Part shown: one piece after another, positions 1 to 8,500 of the stretch | How positions within the stretch are numbered: position 1 is the stretch's first letter | Layout: the number at the start of each line of letters is the position of its first letter | NCBI GenBank assembly: GCA_963710105.1 | Contig: CAVPYV010000002.1 | Span: forward strand, 116,972 to 180,971 | DNA: 64,000 bases | Direction: 5' to 3' | From: an uncultured Chloroflexia bacterium | GTDB taxonomy: Bacteria; Chloroflexota; Limnocylindria; Limnocylindrales; CSP1-4 | Made by a program: the position numbers and the translations under genes | Notes under the pieces: model-generated | What the model was told of the DNA's origin: nothing | The model's database searches: none | What the model saw: only the letters and a program-made list of their open reading frames with translations

Positions 1-1182
1 AAGATCCGGGTGGCGATCGTCGGCGTCGGCAACTGCGCGAGCAGCCTCGTCCAGGGCCGCTACTACTACGAGAACGCCAAGGTCGAGGACAAGGTCCCGG
101 GCCTGATGCACGTCGAGCTCGGCGGCTACCACGTCCGCGACATCGAGTTCGTCGCCGCCTTCGACATCGACAAGAACAAGGTCGGCAAGGACCTGTCCGA
201 GGCGATCTACACGAAGCCGAACAACACCTACGTCTTCCACCAGGTCCCGAAGCTCGACGTCAAGGTCGAGCGCGGGATGGTCCACGACGGGCTCGGCAAA
301 TACCTCAGCCAGATCATCGAGAAGGCTCCGGGCGAGACCGCCGACGTGGTCGGGATCCTCAAGGAGCGCCAGGTCGACGTCGTCGTGTCCTACCTGCCGG
401 TCGGCAGCGAGGAGGCGACGAAGTGGTACGTCGAGCAGGCGCTGCGGGCCGGCGTCGGCTTCGTCAATGCGATCCCGGTGTTCATCGGCCGCGAGCCGTA
501 CTGGCAGCGCCGCTTCGCCGAGGAGGGCCTGCCGGTCATCGGCGACGACATCAAGAGCCAGGTCGGCGCGACGATCAGCCACCGCGTCCTGACCCGCCTC
601 TTCATGGATCGCGGCGTCCGGCTCGACCGGACGTACCAGCTGAACTTCGGCGGCAACACCGACTTCCTGAACATGCTCGAGCGGGAGCGGCTCGAGTCGA
701 AGAAGATCAGCAAGACGAACGCGGTCACCTCGATGCTCGACTACGAGATGGACCCCGACAACGTCCACGTCGGCCCGAGCGACCACGTCCCGTGGCTCGA
801 GGACCGCAAGTGGTGCTACATCCGGATGGAGGGCACGACGTTCGGTGACGTGCCGCTCAACGCGGAGCTGAAGCTCGAGGTCTGGGACAGCCCGAACAGC
901 GCCGGCGTCATCACCGACGCCGTCCGCTGCCTGAAGCTCGGCCTCGATCGCGGCCTCAAGGGCACGCTCGTCGCGCCGTCGAGCTACTTCATGAAGAGCC
1001 CGCCGATCCAGATCCACGACGACATCGCCTACAACCGGGTCGAGGCGTTCATCCGGGGCGAGGACAACGAGACGCTGGTCGGGACCGAGAACCTGACGAA
1101 GGCGCAGCTGAGGAAGCTGGCCTCGACCGCACCCGTCGCCGGCGCGGCCGGCAAGAAGGCGGCGGCCGCCGCCCCGAGGTGA
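1..1182 (+). CDS. ino1: myo-inositol-1-phosphate synthase (5'-truncated by window edge)
   Basis: Reads [19 protein letters not shown] from base 1; [31 protein letters not shown] and VWDSPNSAG motifs of the bacterial Ino1 family. Lys/Ala-rich C-terminal tail. Confidence 0.95.
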   Translation, partial: KIRVAIVGVGNCASSLVQGRYYYENAKVEDKVPGLMHVELGGYHVRDIEFVAAFDIDKNKVGKDLSEAIYTKPNNTYVFHQVPKLDVKVERGMVHDGLGKYLSQIIEKAPGETADVVGILKERQVDVVVSYLPVGSEEATKWYVEQALRAGVGFVNAIPVFIGREPYWQRRFAEEGLPVIGDDIKSQVGATISHRVLTRLFMDRGVRLDRTYQLNFGGNTDFLNMLERERLESKKISKTNAVTSMLDYEMDPDNVHVGPSDHVPWLEDRKWCYIRMEGTTFGDVPLNAELKLEVWDSPNSAGVITDAVRCLKLGLDRGLKGTLVAPSSYFMKSPPIQIHDDIAYNRVEAFIRGEDNETLVGTENLTKAQLRKLASTAPVAGAAGKKAAAAAPR

Positions 1183-2309
1183 CCGTGGCCAAGGGCGCCG
1201 GCTCGGGCCTCGACGCACCCCACCGGCGCCGCGCCCAGGGCCCGCGGATCGTCGAGAAGACCGCCGTCACGGCCTACGCCGCGGCGGTCTGGCTGGTGGC
1301 CCACGTCCCGGCCGGCCTCGCCCGCTGGGTCATCGCGACCGGCAGCCAGGCGGGCTACCTGCTGTGGCCGACGAAGCGGCGCTGGTCGAACCAGAACTTC
1401 GGGAAGGTCGCCGGCCTTCCGCCGGACGACCGCCGCGTCCGCCGGCTGGCCCTGTCCGCGTACCGCGAGTACGCCCGCTACCTCGTCGAGGTCATGCGCC
1501 TCGAATCGCTCTCGCCGGACGAGGCGGTGGCGCGCGTGATCCAGCCGGACCTCGACCGGATCGAGGCGGAGTGGCGGTCGTCGCCGGGCGGCCTGATCTT
1601 CGCCCTCGGCCACGTCGGCAACAACGAGGCCGTGGCCGCCGGGGTCGCCGACCGGGGCTGGCCGATCAGCGTCGTGGCGGACGACTCGTCCTTCCCCGAG
1701 ATGTTCGAGCGGTTCCGCCGGCTGCGCGAGTCCTGGGGGATCCACGTCATCCCGTGGCGGAACCTGCGCGAGATCTACGCGGTCCTCAAGCGTGGCGAGA
1801 TGCTCGCGTTGCTCGTGGACTGGGGCTACCGCAGCGACGGCGTGCCGGTCCGCCTGTTCGGCTCGTGGACGACGCTGCCCGCCGGCCCGGCGTCGCTGGC
1901 GGCGAAGACCCGCTCGCGGATCCTGCCGGTCGCGATCCGGCGCGGGTCCGACGGCATGTTCCACGTGTCGTTCTCGCCGACGATCTCGGTCGCGTCCACC
2001 TCCGACGCCGACATCGCCCGGGCGACCCAGGAGCTCGCGGCGACGCTCGAGGCGACGATCGCCGCGGCGCCCGAGCAGTGGTACAGCTTCAAGCCGATCT
2101 GGCCGCCGACCGAGGAGGAGGCCGCCGGGCTCGAGGCGCGGGCGGCCCGGATGCTCGCCGGGGCCGCCGCCGAGCCGCCAGCGGTCGCCGCCGAGCCGGC
2201 GGAGCCCGTCGCCGGCGAGTCGCCCGACCTCCTCGTCCCGACGATCGCCGACGCCCCGGGGGCGGGCGACCCAGCCACGATCCCGGCGCCGGATCGCGCC
2301 CCGTCGTGA
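1179..2309 (+). CDS. lipid acyltransferase, LpxL/HtrB/PatA family (copy 1)
   Basis: GHVGNNE catalytic-His motif, ALLVDW, VRLFG and PEQW motifs; GTGA overlap with the ino1 stop. Confidence 0.85.
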   Translation: MTVAKGAGSGLDAPHRRRAQGPRIVEKTAVTAYAAAVWLVAHVPAGLARWVIATGSQAGYLLWPTKRRWSNQNFGKVAGLPPDDRRVRRLALSAYREYARYLVEVMRLESLSPDEAVARVIQPDLDRIEAEWRSSPGGLIFALGHVGNNEAVAAGVADRGWPISVVADDSSFPEMFERFRRLRESWGIHVIPWRNLREIYAVLKRGEMLALLVDWGYRSDGVPVRLFGSWTTLPAGPASLAAKTRSRILPVAIRRGSDGMFHVSFSPTISVASTSDADIARATQELAATLEATIAAAPEQWYSFKPIWPPTEEEAAGLEARAARMLAGAAAEPPAVAAEPAEPVAGESPDLLVPTIADAPGAGDPATIPAPDRAPS

Positions 2310-3337
2310 CCGGGACGCCGGTCCAGCGGGCCCGCGTGGCGCTCCTCCGCGGTCTCTCGTGGATCGCCTGCCGGCTGCCCGAGGGCGTGGCGGTCGGGCT
2401 GGCCGAGGTCGTCGGCTGGCTCTGGTCGAAGCTCGCTCCGGAGCGCGCGGAGCAGGCTCGGCGGAACTTCAGCCGCGTGGCCGCCGCACTCGACGCGGAG
2501 GGTCGGGGGCCGGCGCGCGTGCGAGCCGCGGCGCACGACCGGCGGGCCCTGGATCGGCTCGTGACCGCGTCGTTCCAGCACGACGCCCGCTACTACCTCG
2601 AGGTCCTCCGCGTCCCGAGCCTGACGCCCGCCATCTTCGACCGACGCGTCGTCATCGAGACGCCGGACACCGTCGAGGACGCGTTCAGCGGCGGGGCCGT
2701 CATCTTCGTCGCGGCCCACTTCGGCCCGATCGAGCTGCCCGCGCTCTACCTCGCCCATCGCTCCGGCCGGACGTTCCACGCTCCGATGGAGGCGGTCGAC
2801 GACCCCGCGCTGCAGGGCTGGTTCGAGCGGACGCGAGGCTCGCTCGGCGTGACGATCGTCGGCCTCCGAGCCGCGCGTCGCGAGCTGCAGGCCGCCCTCC
2901 GGGCCGGCGGCGCCGTCGGGATCGTCGCGGACCGGGACATCAGCGGCGGCGGGATCGCGGTGCCGTTCTTCGGGTCTCCCGCCCCGATGCCCATCGGACC
3001 GGCCCTGCTCGCCCTCGAGACCGGGGCGCGGCTGTTCGCCGTCGGGGTGCGGCGCCTCCCGGACGGGCGGATCGCGGGCCGCCTGCTGGCGGTCCCGGTG
3101 GCGAGCGAGGGGTCTCGCCGGGAGCGGATCGCGGCCACGCTGGCGACGATGGCCGGCGCGTTCGAGGACCTGATCGGCGACGCGCCCGAGCAGTGGTCCG
3201 GCGCGTTTTTCCCGATCTGGCCGGACCTCGCGGGCGACGCCTCGGCGGCGGGCGACACCGCCACCGCGGGAGCCGCCTCGGCGGGCGACACCCCCGCCGC
3301 GGACCGAGCCGCGCCCGCGGACGGAGCCGGGCGATGA
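2306..3337 (+). CDS. lipid acyltransferase, LpxL/HtrB/PatA family (copy 2)
   Basis: 3' part of track ORF 1364..3337; GTG at 2306 overlaps the upstream TGA; AAHFGPIE, IVADRD, VPFFG and PEQW motifs. Confidence 0.82.
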   Translation: MTGTPVQRARVALLRGLSWIACRLPEGVAVGLAEVVGWLWSKLAPERAEQARRNFSRVAAALDAEGRGPARVRAAAHDRRALDRLVTASFQHDARYYLEVLRVPSLTPAIFDRRVVIETPDTVEDAFSGGAVIFVAAHFGPIELPALYLAHRSGRTFHAPMEAVDDPALQGWFERTRGSLGVTIVGLRAARRELQAALRAGGAVGIVADRDISGGGIAVPFFGSPAPMPIGPALLALETGARLFAVGVRRLPDGRIAGRLLAVPVASEGSRRERIAATLATMAGAFEDLIGDAPEQWSGAFFPIWPDLAGDASAAGDTATAGAASAGDTPAADRAAPADGAGR

Positions 3338-4179
3338 CCCAGCGCCTCGGCCGGGCCGACCTCCACGTCCACACCCTCGCGTCGGATGGGATCGACCCGA
3401 TCGCGACGATCCTCGACTTCATCGAGCACTCGACCGACCTGGACGTCGTCGCCATCGCCGACCACGAGCGGATCGACGCCGCCGTCGCCGCCCGGACGAT
3501 GGCACGCGAGCTCGGCCACCGCGCCGAGATCGTCGTCGGCGAGGAGGTCTCGACGCTCGGCGGCCACCTCCTCGCCCTGTTCCTCGAGGAGCGCGTCCGG
3601 CCGCTCCGCAGCCTGCGCACGACGATCGCCGAGGTCCACGAGCAGGGCGGGCTCGCGATCCCGGCCCATCCGCTCGTGCCCTACCCGCTGTGCGCCCAGG
3701 GCTGGGTGATCCGACGCCTGCTCGCCGACCGCGATCCGCGCGTCCGGCCGGACGCGATCGAGGCGTTCAACCCGACGATGTTCGGCCGGCCGATGCACGG
3801 CCGGGTCGTCCGCTTCGCCGAGGAGCTCGGCCTGGCCACGGTCGGCAACAGCGACGCCCACGAGGCGCGGACGATCGGGACCGGCTGGACGTCGTTCCCG
3901 GGCCGCACCGCGGAGGACGTCCGGGCAGCGATCCTCGAGGGCACGACCCATCACCACGGCTCGTTCCACGCTACCGGCGGCCAGGTCTCGACGTTCGGCC
4001 GGCAGCTCCGCAAGTACTCGCGCGACGCGCGGGCCGTGGTCGGCGGCAAGGTCCGCCGCGACGGGACGGGTCGCGACCTCGGCTATCCGGGCGGCCGGCA
4101 CCGGCCGCCGCGGTTCGAGGAGGAGTGGATGGCGCGCCGGACGAGCCACGTCGAGGCGGAGCAGAATCGCCGCGAATGA
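3334..4179 (+). CDS. PHP-family phosphoesterase
   Basis: 3' part of ORF 1792..4179; ATG 3334 overlaps the upstream TGA; DLHVHT-x2-SDG, ADH, GEEV, GHLL, AHP and GNSDAH metal ligands intact. Confidence 0.88.
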   Translation: MTQRLGRADLHVHTLASDGIDPIATILDFIEHSTDLDVVAIADHERIDAAVAARTMARELGHRAEIVVGEEVSTLGGHLLALFLEERVRPLRSLRTTIAEVHEQGGLAIPAHPLVPYPLCAQGWVIRRLLADRDPRVRPDAIEAFNPTMFGRPMHGRVVRFAEELGLATVGNSDAHEARTIGTGWTSFPGRTAEDVRAAILEGTTHHHGSFHATGGQVSTFGRQLRKYSRDARAVVGGKVRRDGTGRDLGYPGGRHRPPRFEEEWMARRTSHVEAEQNRRE

Positions 4180-5420
4180 AGATCGGCCTGGTCACGCCGT
4201 ACGTCTACCCGCTGCCGGGCGGGGTGACCCAGCACGTCCGCTATCTCTACGAGAACCTCCGCCTGCGCGGCCACGACGTCCGGATCATCTCCTCGTCGCA
4301 CGGCCTCCAGCGGGCGTCGGAGGGCGACATCATCCGGATCGGCAAGGGCTTCTCCCTGCCGGTCAACGGCTCGGTCGGGACGATCACGCTGTCGCCGCGC
4401 TTCGTCTCCCAGGTCCGCGGCATGCTCGAGCGCGAGCAGTTCGACCTTCTCCACTACCACGAGCCGTTCGTCCCCTTCCTCTCGCCGATCATCCTCCGCC
4501 TCTCGACCAGCGTGAACATCGCGACGTTCCACGCCTACGGCGGCTTCTCGCCCTCGTACGAGTTCGGGAGCAAGGTGATGAAGGGCGAGGCGGCCCGGCT
4601 CCACGGCCGGATCGCCGTGAGCGGAGCCGCGAAGCACTTCATCGACCGCTACTTCCCGGGCGACTACAAGGTCATCCCGAACGGCGTCGACGTCCACGCC
4701 TTCCAGCGCGCCGTCCCGCTCGCCCGCTGGCAGGACGGCACCCGCAACCTGTTCTTCGTCGGCCGGTTCGAGCCGCGGAAGGGCCTGATCGAGCTCCTCA
4801 AGGCGTACCGGATCCTGCGCAAGACCGGCTGCGACTGCCGCCTGCTGGTCGCCGGCACCGGGCCGCTCGGACGGGAGGCCCGGCGCTACGTCGCGACGCG
4901 CCGGCTGAAGGGCGTCGAGTTCCTCGGCCGGGTCAGCGACGAGGAGAAGGCCCAGCTCTTCCGGACCGCCGACGTCTACGTCTCGCCGGCGACCGGCGGC
5001 GAATCGTTCGGGATCGTGCTCCTCGAGGCGATGGCCGCCGGCACCGCGATCGTCGCCTCCGACATCCACGGCTACAAGGGCGTCCTGCGCCGCGGTCGAG
5101 AGGGGCTGCTCGTGCCGCCCCGCGAGCCGAAGGCGATTGCCGCGGCGATCGGCCGCCTCCTCCGTGACGACGAGCTTCGGGCGGCGATGGGCGAGGCCGG
5201 TCGGGAGCGGGCCGAGGAATTCAGCTGGGAGCGGGTCACGGCCAAGGTCGACGCCTACTACGGCTTCGTCGTCCGGCGCCTCGCCGCGCGTGGCGAGCTG
5301 CCGCTCGGGTTCCACGCGGCCGTTCCGCCGTCGCCGCGGTCCGGTCCGGCGCCGTCCCCCGAGGCGGCCGAGCCGGAGAGCGCAGTCGAGCCGGAGCAGC
5401 TCGCGGTCGACCTCGACTAG
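4176..5420 (+). CDS. pimA: GT4 glycosyltransferase, PimA-like alpha-mannosyltransferase
   Basis: MKIGLVTPY-x4-GGV, HEP, VIPNGVD, FVGRFEPRKG and GESFGIVLLEAMAAG motifs; context next to ino1 and PatA-like genes. The family call is firm; the pimA name rests on context. Confidence 0.75.
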   Translation: MKIGLVTPYVYPLPGGVTQHVRYLYENLRLRGHDVRIISSSHGLQRASEGDIIRIGKGFSLPVNGSVGTITLSPRFVSQVRGMLEREQFDLLHYHEPFVPFLSPIILRLSTSVNIATFHAYGGFSPSYEFGSKVMKGEAARLHGRIAVSGAAKHFIDRYFPGDYKVIPNGVDVHAFQRAVPLARWQDGTRNLFFVGRFEPRKGLIELLKAYRILRKTGCDCRLLVAGTGPLGREARRYVATRRLKGVEFLGRVSDEEKAQLFRTADVYVSPATGGESFGIVLLEAMAAGTAIVASDIHGYKGVLRRGREGLLVPPREPKAIAAAIGRLLRDDELRAAMGEAGRERAEEFSWERVTAKVDAYYGFVVRRLAARGELPLGFHAAVPPSPRSGPAPSPEAAEPESAVEPEQLAVDLD

Positions 5421-5505
5421 AACCGTCGACCGTGGCCCGCCGGGCGGGCGTCCCGATCCGTTGGGTGGGCCTCCCGCTCCGTCGGCCGGCCTGGCCGCCG
5501 GGAGG

Positions 5506-8500
5506 TCAGTCGCCCGCCGCCCCGCCGCCGGCTCCGCGCGGCCAGCCCGGTCCGAGCTCGGCGGCATCGCCGGCATCGGCCAGCCGCTCGGCGATCGCGA
5601 GCCGCCAGACCCAGGCCGAGTAGCCGACGACGAGCGCGAGGAACACGACCGCCGCGCCGAGCAGCAGCGGGACCGGCCCGAACAGCTCGGTCTTGACCGT
5701 GGCCGCGACGTTGTTCACCGGGAACTGGAAGGCGTACAGGTAGGTCGGCAGGACGCCCTGGTAGACGTTGGCGATCGCCGTCGGCAGGGGCAGCGCGCTG
5801 AAGTTCGGGTAGACGATGACGAACCAGCCGACGATCGCGACGATCGCGCCGACGACGAACCGGCGGGCATCGCGGGCCGTCGCGACGAACGCCGCGATCA
5901 GCACCGCCGGCAGCGCCAGGACCATCGCCACCGGCTCGACCGGGATGCGGTCGAGGGTGATCAGCGGGCTGTCGGTGATCGTCACCTGGACGAGCCAGCT
6001 CGCGACGATCGCTCCGAGCGCGGTCAGCCCGAGCCAGCCGAGCGTCACCGTCGACGGGCTGAGCTCGCGGCCGCCCACGACGATCGCCCGATCCCCCACC
6101 ACCCGCTCGTCGCCCAGCCGCCCGAACAGGCGAACGACCACGAGGACCGAGATCCCGACGATCAGCGCCATGGCCGCGGTCTGGTTGGTCAGCAGGAACT
6201 GGGGGATGACCGGCGGGCAGGCCTGCGAGCCGGGGTTGGCCTTCTCGACGTTGACGAAGCCGCACAGGGGTCGGTCGAACACCCAGAAGATCGCCGGGCC
6301 GAGGATGGCGACCGCGGCCGCGAGCCGGGCGAGCAGCCACGTCCGCCACGAGGCGCCGTGCCACAGCTCGCCGAGGAAGTAGGCCAGGGCGAGGATCAGG
6401 AACGGCAGGCTCGTGTAGTAGTGGTACTGGAACGCCGCCCGGTCGATCCGGGCCCAGGAGACCCACTGGAAGGCGTAGCCGATCGTGATCAGGGCGAGCG
6501 GCAGGCTCCGCCGGGCGAACGCCTGCCACGCCGCGAACCCGAGGGCCGGCAGGCCGAGCCACCAGACCACGATGTTGCCGGCGTCGTAGATCGCCGCGGT
6601 CGTGTTGCCGGCGAAGCCCTCCTGGTAGAACCAGACCGGCTTCAGGTCGAAGAGCCAGGCCCACCAAGGCGACGATGCGGCGTGCGGGGCGGTCAGGCCG
6701 TTGTGGTAGTTGTACATCGCCCCGGTGAGGTCGGTGAGGCTCTGGCCGGAGTGCCCCGCCGGCCAGCCGGCGAACAGGACGTGGTTGTCGAGGACGGCCC
6801 ACGGGATGTACGAGACCACGTAGATCGCGACGGGCAACACGAGCAGGCAGCCGACCATCCAGGCGACGGGCAGCCCGAGCTGGGCACCCGGCCGGAGCCA
6901 GGCCGCGGCCGGTGGCGGAGCCGGTGGCGGCAGGAGCGCGGCGGGCTCGTCCGGACCCGGGTCCGGCGCGAACGGCCCGAACCCGAGCCGCGCCGCCACC
7001 GCGAACCCGGCCCATGCGACGAGCCCGACGGCCGCCAGGGCGACCGCCAGCTCGAGCGGCGTGACCGTCGCCGACGACAGCGTGATCTCCCGGGACGCGC
7101 TGTTCGTGGCGATCGCCACGAGCGCCACGATCCCGCCGAGCGCCACCGGGCCGCCGATCGCGAAGCGGATCTCGTCGAGCGACCAGCGCAGCGGATGGAG
7201 GACGTTGGCGACCACGGCGGCAACGGTCAGGGCGACCATGATCGCGATGAACGGGAGGTTGCCGAACCCGGTCCCCTGCGGCACGTTGATCGCCAGGTAG
7301 CCGAGCACCGCGGTCATCACGACGAGGGCGGCGATCGCGAGGAGCCGGCCGAGGGCGCTCCGGACGAGGACGAGGAAGCCCATCCCGACGATCGCGTACA
7401 GGGCGACCCACTTCGAGGCGAGGGCCAGGCCGAGCAGGATCCCGATCAGCGGCATCGCGATCCAGAACGCCCCGCGATGGCGCCAGACGCCCGTCCACAG
7501 CGCCGCGAACAGGGTGTAGGCGGCGACGATCCCGAGCCCGACGTAGGCGTCGTTCATCCCGATTCGCGACTGGACGAAGAGCATCCCGTCGGCGACGCAC
7601 AGGATCGCGACGAACACGCCGACGATCCGCCGCCGGAACAGGATGCGGGCGAGGACGAACAGGAAGCCGGCCATCACGGCCCCGGCCAGGACACCGGGCA
7701 GGCGCCAGGCGAACTCGTGCTGGCCGACATCGACGCTGGCCGCCGCCCCGGCGCCATCGAAGACCAGGATCTGCTGGCGGTCGTCGGTCGGATAGGGCCG
7801 GGCGACGTCGACGGCCCAGGCGGAGGGCTCGATCGGCAGGCGGGCGTCGGCGAACACGGCCCGGGCGTGCGGCTCGATCACGTAGATCGTGGCCGAGCTG
7901 CCGTCGGGCGTCCGGCCGAGGACGTGGACCATCTCGCTCGCGTCGTCCCACGCGACCCGCGTCACCGGGCCAGGCATCGCCATCGACTCGAGGAGGGCGG
8001 GGCCGTCCTTCGCCTGGTCGCCGCCGACGGCGACGATCGCGATCCGGCCGCGCTGGTCGGTGGCCGGGTCCGGGTCGGTGCTGACGTAGAGCTTGTCGCC
8101 GTCGACGGTCGTGAGCGCGAGGCCGTGCGCCGCGCCGCCGACGTCGACGGTCGAGGTGAGATCGCCGCTGGCCGGGTTGATCAGCTCCAGCCCGCTCGCG
8201 TCGGCGACCGCGACCTGCGGCAGCGAGTCGATCGTCAGGCCGGCGAGGCGCCCGTCGTCGATCGCCGCCTGGACCGTCGTCCGGGCCGAGCTGCCGGGGA
8301 TGCCGGCGACGACGAGGCGGTCGGCGGTGCCGGAGAGACGCGCCTCGTACGTCGCGGTCGAGCCGCCGATCAGGGCGGCGATGGCCGAGGCGGCGGCCGT
8401 TGGATCCTCGACCGAGCCGGGCGCGCCGACGAGGGTCGGGGCGGTCCCGCCGGGGCCGATGTCGGCGACCGCCTCGAGCTGGACCGTCCCGCGGATCTCG

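Noticed and set aside
1364-4175. Long N-terminal extensions of track ORFs 1364..3337, 1792..4179 and 3690..5420 suggesting fusion proteins
   Set aside because: Each real gene starts at an ATGA/GTGA overlap with the previous stop; the extensions are off-frame reads of the upstream gene.
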